Part shown: one piece after another, positions 12,497 through 26,928 of the stretch | Numbering within the stretch: position 1 is the first letter of the stretch | How the letters are laid out: each line of letters begins with the position of its first letter | Source of the DNA: Auanema rhodensis | Taxonomy: Eukaryota; Animalia; Nematoda | DNA: 64,000 bases | Direction of reading: 5' to 3' | Assembly (NCBI GenBank): GCA_964057225.1 | Contig: OZ059894.1 | Span: 23,932,001-23,996,000, forward strand | Made by a program: the position numbers and the translations under genes | The notes under the pieces: model-generated | Database searches by the model: none | Told to the model about the DNA's origin: nothing | The model's input: only the letters and a program-made list of their open reading frames with translations

Positions 12497-15400
12497 TTTC
12501 AAAATTAGATTCCCCATGTCCATATTAGTCTAAAAACAACTTTTTATTGATATTGGTTTATGGTAACCATGACTTTGAAATTTACGTGAACTTCAATTTA
12601 TGCTAATTAAATGTACACGTGATGTGCACTTGGTATGTAACTCGCTTCACGTGAAAGATAAAGAGATGCGGTTTTCAAAATTAGATTCCCCATGTCCATA
12701 TTAGTCTAAAAACAAATTTTTATTGATATTGGTTCATGGTAACCATGACTTTGAAATTTACGTGAACTTCAATTTATGCTAATTAAATGTACACGTGATG
12801 TGCACTTGGTATGTAACTCGCTTCACGTGAAAGATAAAGAGATGCGGTTTTCAAAATTAGATTCCCCATGTCCATATTAGTCTAAAAACAAATTTTTATT
12901 GATATTGGTGCATGGTAACCATGACTTTGAAATTTACATGAACTTTAATTTATGCTAATTAAATGTACACGTGATGTGCACTTGGTATGTAACTCGCTTC
13001 ACGTGAAAGATAAAGAGATGCGGTTTTCAAAATTAGATTCCCCATGTCCATATTAGTCTAAAAACAAATTTTTATTGATATTGGTGCATGGTAACCATGA
13101 CTTTGAAATTTACGTGAACTTCAATTTATGCTAATTAAATGTACACGTGATGTGCACTTGGTATGTAACTCGCTTCACGTGAAAGATAAAGAGATGCGGT
13201 TTTCAAAATTAGATTCCCCATGTCCATATTAGTCTAAAAACAAATTTTTATTGATATTGGTTCATGGTAACCATGACTTTGAAATTTACGTGAACTTCAA
13301 TTTATGCTAATTAAATGTACACGTGATGTGCACTTGGTATGTAACTCGCTTCACGTGAAAGATAAAGAGATGCGGTTTTCAAAATTAGATTCCCCATGTC
13401 CATATTAGTCTAAAAACAAATTTTTATTGATATTGGTGCATGGTAACCATGACTTTGAAATTTACGTGAACTTTAATTTATGCTAATTAAATGTACACGT
13501 GATGTGCACTTGGTATGTAACTCGCTTCACGTGAAAGATAAAGAGATGCTGTTTTCAAAATTAGATTCCCCATGTCCATATTAGTCTAAAAACAAATTTT
13601 TATTGATATTGGTTCATGGTAACCATGACTTTGAAATTTACGTGAACTTTAATTTATGCTAATTAAATGTACACGTGATGTGCACTTGGTATGTAACTCG
13701 CTTCACGTGAAAGATAAAGAGATGCGGTTTTCAAAATTAGATTCCCCATGTCCATATTAGTCTAAAAACAAATTTTTATTGATATTGGTTCATGGTAACC
13801 ATGACTTTGAAATTTACGTGAACTTCAATTTATGCTAATTAAATGTACACGTGATGTGCACTTGGTATGTAACTCGCTTCACGTGAAAGATAAAGAGATG
13901 CGGTTTTCAAAATTAGATTCCCCATGTCCATATTAGTCTAAACACAAATTTTTATTGATATTGGTTCATGGTAACCATGACTTTGAAATTTACGTGAACT
14001 TCAATTTATGCTAATTAAATGTACACGTGATGTGCACTTGGTATGTAACTCGCTTCACGTGAAAGATAAAGAGATGCGGTTTTCAAAATTAGATTCCCCA
14101 TGTCCATATTAGTCTAAAAACAAATTTTTATTGATATTGGTGCATGGTAACCATGACTTTGAAATTTACGTGAACTTTAATTTATGCTAATTAAATGTAC
14201 ACGTGATGTGCACTTGGTATGTAACTCGCTTCACGTGAAAGATAAAGAGATGCGGTTTCCAAAATTAGATTCCCCATGTCCATATTAGTCTAAAAACAAA
14301 TTTTTATTGATATTGGTGCATGGTAACCATGACTTTGAAATTTACGTGAACTTTAATTTATGCTAATTAAATGTACACGTGATGTGCACTTGGTATGTAA
14401 CTCGCTTCACGTGAAAGATAAAGAGATGCGGTTTTCAAAATTAGATTCTTCATGTCCATATTAGTCTAAAAACAAATTTTTATTGATATTGGTTCATGGT
14501 AACCATGACTTTGAAATTTACGTGAACTTTAATTTATGCTAATTAAATGTACACGTGATGTGCACTTGGTATGTAACTCGCTTCACGTGAAAGGTAAAGA
14601 GATGCGGTTTTCAAAATTAGATTCCCCATGTCCATATTAGTCTAAAAACAAATTTTTATTGATATTGGTTCATGGTAACCATGACTTTGAAATTCACGTG
14701 AACTTCAATTTATGCTAATTAAATGTACACGTGATGTGCACTTGGTATGTAAATCGCTTCACGTGAAAGATAAAGAGATGCGGTTTTCAAAATTAGATTC
14801 CCCATGTCCATATTAGTCTAAAAACAAATTTTTATTGATATTGGTTCATGGTGACCATGACTTTGAAATTTACGTGAACTTTAATTTATGCTAATTAAAT
14901 GTACACGTGATGTGCACTTGGTATGTAACTCACTTCACGTGAAAGATAAAGAGATGCGGTTTTCAAAATTAGATTCCCCATGTCCATATTAGTCTAAAAA
15001 CAAATTTTTATTGATATTGGTGCATGGTAACCATGACTTTGAAATTTACGTGAACTTCAATTTATGCTAATTAAATGTACACGTGATGTGCACTTGGTAT
15101 GTAACTCGCTTCACGTGAAAGATAAAGAGATGCGGTTTTCAAAATTAGATTCCCCATGTCCATATTAGTCTAAAAACAAATTTTTATTGATATTGGTGCA
15201 TGGTAACCATAACTTTGAAATTTACGTGAACTTTAATTTATGCTAATTAAATGTACACGTGATGTACACTTGGTATGTAACTCGCTTCACGTGAAAGATA
15301 AAGAGATGCGGTTTTCGAAATTAGATTCCCCATGTCCATATTAGTCTAAAAACAAATTTTTATTGATATTGGTGCATGGTAACCATGACTTTGAAATTTA

Positions 15401-18400
15401 CGTGAACTTCAATTTATGCTAATTAAATGTACACGTGATGTGCACTTGGTATGTAACTCGCTTCACGTGAAAGATAAAGAGATGCGGTTTTCAAAATTAG
15501 ATTCCCCATGTCCATATTAGTCTAAAAACAAATTTTTATTGATATTGGTTCATGGTAACCATGACTTTGAAATTTACGTGAACTTTAATTTATGCTAATT
15601 AAATGTACACGTGATGTGCACTTGGTATGTAACTCGCTTCACGTGAAAGATAAAGAGATGCGGTTTTCGAAATTAGATTCCCCATGTCCATATTAGTCTA
15701 AAAACAAATTTTTATTGATATTGGTTCATGGTAACCATGACTTTGAAATTTACGTGAACTTCAATTTATGCTAATTAAATGTACACGTGATGTGCACTTG
15801 GTATGTAACTCGCTTCACGTGAAAGATAAAGAGATGCGGTTTTCAAAATTAGATTCCCCATGTCCATATTAGTCTAAAAACAAATTTTTATTGATATTGG
15901 TTCATGGTAACCATGACTTTAAAATTTACGTGAACTTCAATTTATGCTAATTAAATGTACACGTGATGTGCACTTGGTATGTAACTCGCTTCACGTGAAA
16001 GATAAAGAGATGCGGTTTTCAAAATTAAATTTCCCATGTCCATATTAGTCTAAAAACAACTTTTTATTGATATTGGTTCATGGTAACCATGACTTTGAAA
16101 TTTACGTGAACTTCAATTTATGCTAATTAAATGTACACGTGATGTGCACTTGGTATGTAACTCGCTTCACGTGAAAGATAAAGAGATGCGGTTTTCAAAA
16201 TTAGATTCCCCATGTCCATATTAGTCTAAAAACAAATTTTTATTGATATTGGTTCATGGTAACCATGACTTTGAAATTTACGTGAACTTCAATTTATGCT
16301 AATTAAATGTACACGTGATGTGCACTTGGTATGTAACTCGCTTCACGTGAAAGATAAAGAGATGCGGTTTTCAAAATTAGATTCCCCATGTCCATATTAG
16401 TCTAAAAACAAATTTTTATTGATATTGGTTCATGGTAACCATGACTTTGAAATTTACGTGAACTTTAATTTATGCTAATTAAATGTACACGTGATGTGCA
16501 CTTGGTATGTAACTCGCTTCACGTGAAAGATAAAGAGATGCGGTTTTCAAAATTAGATTCCCCATGTCCATATTAGTCTAAAAACAAATTTTTATTGATA
16601 TTGGTTCATGGTAACCATGACTTTGAAATTTACGTGAACTTCAATTTATGCTAATTAAATGTACACGTGATGTGCACTTGGTATGTAACTCGCTTCACGT
16701 GAAAGATAAAGAGATGCGGTTTTCAAAATTAGATTCCCCATGTCCATATTAGTCTAAAAACAAATTTTCATTGATATTGGTTCATGGTAACCATGACTTT
16801 GAAATTTACGTGAACTTCAATTTATGCTAATTAAATGTACACGTGATGTGCACTTGGTATGTAACTCGCTTCACGTGAAAGATAAAGAGATGCGGTTTTC
16901 AAAATTAGATTCCCCATGTCCATATTAGTCTAAAAACAAATTTTTATTGATATTGGTTCATGGTAACCATGACTTTGAAATTTACGTGAACTTCAATTTA
17001 TGCTAATTAAATGTACACGTGATGTGCACTTGGTATGTAACTCGCTTCACGTGAAAGATAAAGAGATGCGGTTTTCAAAATTAGATTCCCCATGTCCATA
17101 TTAGTCTAAACACAAATTTTTATTGATATTGGTTCATGGTAACCATGACTTTGAAATTTACGTGAACTTCAATTTATGCTAATTAAATGTACACGTGATG
17201 TGCACTTGGTATGTAACTCGCTTCACGTGAAAGATAAAGAGATGCGGTTTTCAAAATTAGATTCCCCATGTCCATATTAGTCTAAAAACAAATTTTTATT
17301 GATATTGGTGCATGGTAACCATGACTTTGAAATTTACGTGAACTTTAATTTATGCTAATTAAATGTACACGTGATGTGCACTTGGTATGTAACTCGCTTC
17401 ACGTGAAAGATAAAGAGATGCGGTTTTCAAAATTAGATTCCCCATGTCCATATTAGTCTAAAAACAAATTTTTATTGATATTGGTGCATGGTAACCATGA
17501 CTTTGAAATTTACGTGAACTTTAATTTATGCTAATTAAATGTACACGTGATGTGCACTTGGTATGTAACTCGCTTCACGTGAAAGATAAAGAGATGCGGT
17601 TTTCAAAATTAGATTCTTCATGTCCATATTAGTCTAAAAACAAATTTTTATTGATATTGGTTCATGGTAACCATGACTTTGAAATTTACGTGAACTTTAA
17701 TTTATGCTAATTAAATGTACACGTGATGTGCACTTGGTATGTAACTCGCTTCACGTGAAAGATAAAGAGATGCGGTTTTCAAAATTAGATTCCCCATGTC
17801 CATATTAGTCTAAAAACAAATTTTTATTGATATTGGTTCATGGTAACCATGACTTTGAAATTCACGTGAACTTCAATTTATGCTAATTAAATGTACACGT
17901 GATGTGCACTTGGTATGTAACTCGCTTCACGTGAAAGATAAAGAGATGCGGTTTTCAAAATTAGATTCCCCATGTCCATATTAGTCTAAAAACAAATTTT
18001 TATTGATATTGGTTCATGGTAACCATGACTTTGAAATTTACGTGAACTTCAATTTATGCTAATTAAATGTACACGTGATGTGCACTTGGTATGTAACTCG
18101 CTTCACGTGAAAGATAAAGAGATGCGGTTTTCAAAATTAGATTCCCCATGTCCATATTAGTCTAAAAACAAATTTTTATTGATATTGGTTCATGGTAACC
18201 ATGACTTTGAAATTTACGTGAACTTCAATTTATGCTAATTAAATGTACACGTGATGTGCACTTGGTATGTAACTCGCTTCACGTGAAAGATAAAGAGATG
18301 CGGTTTTCAAAATTAGATTCCCCATGTCCATATTAGTCTAAAAACAAATTTTTATTGATATTGGTTCATGGTAACCATGACTTTGAAATTTACGTGAACT

Positions 18401-21400
18401 TCAATTTATGCTAATTAAATGTACACGTGATGTGCACTTGGTATGTAACTCGCTTCACGTGAAAGATAAAGAGATGCGGTTTTCAAAATTAGATTCCCCA
18501 TGTCCATATTAGTCTAAAAACAAATTTTTATTGATATTGGTGCATGGTAACCATGACTTTGAAATTTACGTGAACTTTAATTTATGCTAATTAAATGTAC
18601 ACGTGATGTGCACTTGGTATGTAACTCGCTTCACGTGAAAGATAAAGAGATGCGGTTTTCAAAATTAGATTCCCCATGTCCATATTAGTCTAAAAACAAA
18701 TTTTTATTGATATTGGTGCATGGTAACCATGACTTTGAAATTTACGTGAACTTTAATTTATGCTAATTAAATGTACACGTGATGTGCACTTGGTATGTAA
18801 CTCGCTTCACGTGAAAGATAAAGAGATGCGGTTTTCAAAATTAGATTCTTCATGTCCATATTAGTCTAAAAACAAATTTTTATTGATATTGGTTCATGGT
18901 AACCATGACTTTGAAATTTACGTGAACTTTAATTTATGCTAATTAAATGTACACGTGATGTGCACTTGGTATGTAACTCGCTTCACGTGAAAGATAAAGA
19001 GATGCGGTTTTCAAAATTAGATTCCCCATGTCCATATTAGTCTAAAAACAAATTTTTATTGATATTGGTTCATGGTAACCATGACTTTGAAATTCACGTG
19101 AACTTCAATTTATGCTAATTAAATGTACACGTGATGTGCACTTGGTATGTAACTCGCTTCACGTGAAAGATAAAGAGATGCGGTTTTCAAAATTAGATTC
19201 CCCATGTCCATATTAGTCTAAAAACAAATTTTTATTGATATTGGTTCATGGTAACCATGACTTTGAAATTTACGTGAACTTCAATTTATGCTAATTAAAT
19301 GTACACGTGATGTGCACTTGGTATGTAACTCGCTTCACGTGAAAGATAAAGAGATGCGGTTTTCAAAATTAGATTCCCCATGTCCATATTAGTCTAAAAA
19401 CAAATTTTTATTGATATTGGTGCATGGTAACCATGACTTTGAAATTTACGTGAACTTTAATTTATGCTAATTAAATGTACACGTGATGTGCCCTTGGTAT
19501 GTAACTCGCTTCACGTGAAAGATAAAGAGATGCGGTTTTCAAAATTAGATTCCCCATGTCCATATTAGTCTAAAAACAAATTTTTATTGATATTAGTGCA
19601 TGGTAACCATGACTTTGAAATTTACGTGAACTTTAATTTATGCTAATTAAATGTACACGTGATGTGCACTTGGTATGTAACTCGCTTCACGTGAAAGATA
19701 AAGAGATGCGGTTTTCAAAATTAGATTCCCCATGTCCATATTAGTCTAAAAACAAATTTGTATTGATATTGGTGCATGGTAACCATGACTTTGAAATTTA
19801 CGTGAACTTTAATTTATGCTAATTAAATGTACACGTGATGTGCACTTGGTATGTAACTCGCTTCACGTGAAAGATAAAGAGATGCGGTTTTCAAAATTAG
19901 ATTCCCCATGTCCATATTAGTCTAAAAACAAATTTTTATTGATATTGGTTCATGGTAACCATGACTTTGAAATTTACGTGAACTTTAATTTATGCTAATT
20001 AAATGTACACGTGATGTGCACTTGGTATGTAACTCGCTTCACGTGAAAGATAAAGAGATGCGGTTTTCAAAATTAGATTCCCCATGTCCATATTAGTCTA
20101 AAAACAAATTTTTATTGATATTGGTGCATGGTAACCATGACTTTGAAATTTACGTGAACTTTAATTTATGCTAATTAAATGTACACGTGATGTGCACTTG
20201 GTATGTAACTCGCTTCACGTGAAAGATAAAGAGATGCGGTTTTTAAAATTAGATTCCCCATGTCCATATTAGTCTAAAAACAAATTTTTATTGATATTGG
20301 TTCATGGTAACCATGACTTTGAAATTTACGTGAACTTTAATTTATGCTAATTAAATGTACACGTGATGTGCACTTGGTATGTAACTCGCTTCACGTGAAA
20401 GATAAAGAGATGCGGTTCTCAAAATTAGATTCCCCATGTCCATATTAGTCTAAAAACAAATTTTTACTGATATTGGTTCATGGTAACCATGACTTTGAAA
20501 TTTACGTGAACTTCAATTTATGCTAATTAAATGTACACGTGATGTGCACTTGGTATGTAACTCGCTTCACGTGAAAGATAAAGAGATGCGGTTTGCAAAA
20601 TTAGATTCCCCATGTCCATATTAGTCTAAAAACAAATTTTTATTGATATTGGTTCATGGTAACCATGACTTTGAAATTTACGTGAACTTCAATTTATGCT
20701 AATTAAATGTACACGTGATGTGCACTTGGTATGTAACTCGCTTCACGTGAAAGATAAAGAGATGCGGTTTTCAAAATTAGATTCCCCATGTCCATATTAG
20801 TCTAAAAACAAATTTTTATTGATATTGGTTCATGGTAACCATGACTTTGAAATTTACGTGAACTTCAATTTATGCTAATTAAATGTACACGTGATGTGCA
20901 CTTGGTATGTAACTCGCTTCACGTGAAAGATAAAGAGATGCGGTTTTCAAAATTAGATTCCCCATGTCCATATTAGTCTAAAAACAAATTTTTATTGATA
21001 TTGGTTCATGGTAACCATGACTTTGAAATTTACGTGAACTTTAATTTATGCTAATTAAATGTACACGTGATGTGCACTTGGTATGTAACTCGCTTCACGT
21101 GAAAGATAAAGATATGCGGTTTTCAAAATTAGATTCCCCATGTCCATATTAGTCTAAAAACAAATTTTTATTGATATTGGTGCATGGTAACCATGACTTT
21201 GAAATTTACGTGAACTTTAATTTATGCTAATTAAATGTACACGTGATGTGCCCTTGGTATGTAACTCGCTTCACGTGAAAGATAAAGAGATGCGGTTTTC
21301 AAAATTAGATTCCCCATGTCCATATTAGTCTAAAAACAAATTTTTATTGATATTGGTGCATGGTAACCATGACTTTGAAATTTACGTGAACTTTAATTTA

Positions 21401-24400
21401 TGCTAATTAAATGTACACGTGATGTGCACTTGGTATGTAACTCGCTTCACGTGAAAGATAAAGAGATGCGGTTTTTAAAATTAGATTCCCCATGTCCATA
21501 TTAGTCTAAAAACAAATTTTTATTGATATTGGTTCATGGTAACCATGACTTTGAAATTTACGTGAACTTTAATTTATGCTAATTAAATGTACACGTGATG
21601 TGCACTTGGTATGTAACTCGCTTCACGTGAAAGATAAAGAGATGCGGTTTTCAAAATTAGATTCCCCATGTCCATATTAGTCTAAAAACAAATTTTTATT
21701 GATATTGGTGCATGGTAACCATGACTTTGAAATTTACGTGAACTTTAATTTATGCTAATTAAATGTACACGTGATGTGCACTTGGTATGTAACTCGCTTC
21801 ACGTGAAAGATAAAGAGATGCGGTTTTCAAAATTAGATTCCCCATGTCCATATTAGTCTAAAAACAAATTTTTATTGATATTGGTTCATGGTGACCATGA
21901 CTTTGAAATTTACGTGAACTTCAATTTATGCTAATTAAATGTACACGTGATGTGCACTTGGTATGTAACTCGCTTCACGTGAAAGATAAAGAGATGCGGT
22001 TTTCAAAATTAGATTCCCCATGTCCATATTAGTCTAAAAACAAATTTTTATTGATATTGGTTCATGGTAACCATGACTTTGAAATTTACGTGAACTTTAA
22101 TTTATGCTAATTAAATGTACACGTGATGTGCACTTGGTATGTAACTCGCTTCACGTGAAAGATAAAGAGATGCGGTTTTCAAAATTAGATTCCCCATGTC
22201 CATATTAGTCTAAAAACAAATTTTTATTGATATTGGTTCATGGTAACCATGACTTTGAAATTTACGTGAACTTTAATTTATGCTAATTAAATGTACACGT
22301 GATGTGCACTTGGTATGTAACTCGCTTCACGTGAAAGATAAAGAGATGCGGTTTTCAAAATTAGATTCCCCATGTCCATATTAGTCTAAAAACAAATTTT
22401 TATTGATATTGGTTCATGGTAACCATGACTTTGAAATTTACGTGAACTTTAATTTATGCTAATTAAATGTACACGTGATGTGCACTTGGTATGTAACTCG
22501 CTTCACGTGAAAGATAAAGAGACGCGGTTTTCAAAATTAGATTCCCCATGTCCATATTAGTCTAAAAACAAATTTTTATTGATATTGGTTCATGGTAACC
22601 ATGACTTTGAAATTTACGTGAACTTTAATTTATGCTAATTAAATGTACACGTGATGTGCACTTGGTATGTAACTCGCTTCACGTGAAAGATAAAGAGATG
22701 CGGTTTTCAAAATTAGATTCCCCATGTCCATATTAGTCTAAAAACAAATTTTTATTGATATTGGTGCATGGTAACCATGACTTTGAAATTTACGTGAACT
22801 TTAATTTATGCTAATTAAATGTACACGTGATGTGCCCTTGGTATGTAACTCGCTTCACGTGAAAGATAAAGAGATGCGGTTTTCAAAATTAGATTCCCCA
22901 TGTCCATATTAGTCTAAAAACAAATTTTTATTGATATTGGTGCATGGTAACCATGACTTTGAAATTTACGTGAACTTTAATTTATGCTAATTAAATGTAC
23001 ACGTGATGTGCACTTGGTATGTAACCCGCTTCACGTGAAAGATAAAGAGATGCGGTTTTCAAAATTAGATTCCCCATGTCCATATTAGTCTAAAAACAAA
23101 TTTTTATTGATATTGGTTCATGGTAACCATGACTTTGAAATTTACGTGAACTTTAATTTATGCTAATTAAATGTACACGTGATGTGCCCTTGGTATGTAA
23201 CTCGCTTCACGTGAAAGATAAAGAGATGCGGTTTTCAAAATTAGATTCCCCATGTCCATATTAGTCTAAAAACAAATTTTTATTGATATTGGTGCATGGT
23301 AACCATGACTTTGAAATTTACGTGAACTTTAATTTATGCTAATTAAATGTACACGTGATGTGCACTTGGTATGTAACTCGCTTCACGTGAAAGATAAAGA
23401 GATGCGGTTTTCAAAATTAGATTCCCCATGTCCATATTAGTCTAAAAACAAATTTTTATTGATATTGGTTCATGGTAACCATGACTTTGAAATTTACGTG
23501 AACTTTAATTTATGCTAATTAAATGTAGACGTGATGTGCACTTGGTATGTAACTCGCTTCACGTGAAAGATAAAGAGATGCGGTTTTCAAAATTAGATTC
23601 CCCATGTCCATATTAGTCTAAAAACAAATTTTTATTGATATTGGTGCATGGTAACCATGACTTTGAAATTTACGTGAACTTTAATTTATGCTAATTAAAT
23701 GTACACGTGATGTGCACTTGGTATGTAACTCGCTTCACGTGAAAGATAAAAAGATGCGGTTTTCAAAATTAAATTTCCCATGTCCATATTAGTCTAAAAA
23801 CAAATTTTTATTGATATTGGTGCATGGTAACCATGACTTTGAAATTTACGTGAACTTTAATTTATGCTAATTAAATGTACACGTGATGTGCACTTGGTAT
23901 GTAACTCGCTTCACGTGAAAGATAAAGAGATGCGGTTTTCAAAATTAGATTCCCCATGTCCATATTAGTCTAAAAACAAATTTTTATTGATATTGGTTCA
24001 TGGTAACCATGACTTTGAAATTTACGTGAACTTTAATTTATGCTAATTAAATGTACACGTGATGTGCACTTGGTATGTAACTCGCTTCACGTGAAAGATA
24101 AAGAGATGCGGTTTTCAAAATTAGATTCCCCATGTCCATATTAGTCTAAAAACAAATTTTTATTGATATTGGTGCATGGTAACCATGACTTTGAAATTTA
24201 CGTGAACTTTAATTTATGCTAATTAAATGTACACGTGATGTGCACTTGGTATGTAACTCGCTTCACGTGAAAGATAAAGAGATGCGGTTTTCAAAATTAG
24301 ATTCCCCATGTCCATATTAGTCTAAAAACAAATTTTTATTGATATTGGTGCATGGTAACCATGACTTTGAAATTTACGTGAACTTTAATTTATGCTAATT

Positions 24401-24992
24401 AAATGTACACGTGATGTGCACTTGGTATGTAACTCGCTTCACGTGAAAGATAAAGAGATGCGGTTTTCAAAATTAGATTCCCCATGTCCATATTAGTCTA
24501 AAAACAAATTTTTATTGATATTGGTTCATGGTAACCATGACTTTGAAATTTACGTGAACTTTAATTTATGCTAATTAAATGTACACGTGATGTGCACTTG
24601 GTATGTAACTCGCTTCACGTGAAAGATAAAGAGATGCGGTTTTCAAAATTAGATTCCCCATGTCCATATTAGTCTAAAAACAAATTTTTATTGATATTGG
24701 TTCATGGTAACCATGACTTTGAAATTTACGTGAACTTCAATTTATGCTAATTAAATGTACACGTGATGTGCACTTGGTATGTAACTCGCTTCACGTGAAA
24801 GATAAAGAGATGCGGTTTTCAAAATTAGATTCCCCATGTCCATATTAGTTTAAAAACAAATTTTTATTGATATTGGTTCATGGTAACCATGACTTTGAAA
24901 TTTACGTGAACTTCAATTTATGCTAATTAAATGTACACGTGATGTGCACTTGGTATGTAACTCGCTTCACGTGAAAGATAAAGAGATGCGGT
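11441..24992. repeat. Copy A of a large intra-array segmental duplication (partner at about 40.7-56.0 kb)
   Basis: The ordered series of rare variants matches copy B at offsets of 29216 (166 monomers), 30096-30272 (171-172) and 30800-30976 (175-176). Boundaries are approximate. Confidence 0.85.
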
Positions 24993-26928
24993 TTTCAAAA
25001 TTAGATTCCCCATGTCCATATTAGTCTAAAAACAACTTTTTATTGATCTTGGTTCATGGTAACCATGACTTTGAAATTTACGTGAACTTTAATTTATGCT
25101 AATTAAATGTACACGTGATGTGCACTTGGTATGTAACTCGCTTCACGTGAAAGATAAAGAGATGCGGTTTTCAAAATTAGATTCCCCATGTCCATATTAG
25201 TCTAAAAACAAATTTTTATTGATATTGGTTCATGGTAACCATGACTTTGAAATTTACGTGAACTTTAATTTATGCTAATTAAATGTACACGTGATGTGCA
25301 CTTGGTATGTAACTCGCTTCACGTGAAAGATAAAGAGATGCGGTTTTCAAAATTAGATTCCCCATGTCCATATTAGTCTAAAAACAAATTTTTATTGATA
25401 TTGGTGCATGGTAACCATGACTTTGAAATTTACGTGAACTTTAATTTATGCTAATTAAATGTACACGTGATGTGCCCTTGGTATGTAACTCGCTTCACGT
25501 GAAAGATAAAGAGATGCGGTTTTCAAAATTAGATTCCCCATGTCCATATTAGTCTAAAAACAAATTTTTATTGATATTGGTGCATGGTAACCATGACTTT
25601 GAAATTTACGTGAACTTCAATTTATGCTAATTAAATGTACACGTGATGTGCACTTGGTATGTAACTCGCTTCACGTGAAAGATAAAGAGATGCGGTTTTC
25701 AAAATTAGATTCCCCATGTCCATATTAGTCTAAAAACAAATTTTTATTGATATTGGTTCATGGTAACCATGACTTTGAAATTTACGTGAACTTTAATTTA
25801 TGCTAATTAAATGTAGACGTGATGTGCACTTGGTATGTAACTCGCTTCACGTGAAAGATAAAGAGATGCGGTTCTCAAAATTAGATTCCCCATGTCCATA
25901 TTAGTCTAAAAACAAATTTTTATTGATATTGGTGCATGGTAACCATGACTTTGAAATTTACGTGAACTTTAATTTATGCTAATTAAATGTACACGTGATG
26001 TGCACTTGGTATGTAACTCGCTTCACGTGAAAGATAAAAAGATGCGGTTTTCAAAATTAAATTCCCCATGTCCATATTAGTCTAAAAACAAATTTTTATT
26101 GATATTGGTGCATGGTAACCATGACTTTGAAATTTACGTGAACTTTAATTTATGCTAATTAAATGTACACGTGATGTGCACTTGGTATGTAACTCGCTTC
26201 ACGTGAAAGATAAAGAGATGCGGTTTTCAAAATTAGATTCCCCATGTCCATATTAGTCTAAAAACAAATTTTTATTGATATTGGTTCATGGTAACCATGA
26301 CTTTGAAATTTACGTGAACTTTAATTTATGCTAATTAAATGTACACGTGATGTGCACTTGGTATGTAACTCGCTTCACGTGAAAGATAAAGAGATGCGGT
26401 TTTCAAAATTAGATTCCCCATGTCCATATTAGTCTAAAAACAAATTTTTATTGATATTGGTGCATGGTAACCATGACTTTGAAATTTACGTGAACTTTAA
26501 TTTATGCTAATTAAATGTACACGTGATGTGCACTTGGTATGTAACTCGCTTCACGTGAAAGATAAAGAGATGCGGTTTTCAAAATTAGATTCCCCATGTC
26601 CATATTAGTCTAAAAACAAATTTTTATTGATATTGGTGCATGGTAACCATGACTTTGAAATTTACGTGAACTTTAATTTATGCTAATTAAATGTACACGT
26701 GATGTGCACTTGGTATGTAACTCGCTTCACGTGAAAGATAAAGAGATGCGGTTTTCAAAATTAGATTCCCCATGTCCATATTAGTCTAAAAACAAATTTT
26801 TATTGATATTGGTTCATGGTAACCATGACTTTGAAATTTACGTGAACTTCAATTTATGCTAATTAAATGTACACGTGATGTGCACTTGGTATGTAACTCG
26901 CTTCACGTGAAAGATAAAGAGATGCGGT

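Noticed and set aside
14449-14450. CC>TT tandem change as a UV signature
   Set aside because: The single 18T intermediate exists (3010, 45250), so a stepwise origin is sufficient, and the copies are probably identical by descent.
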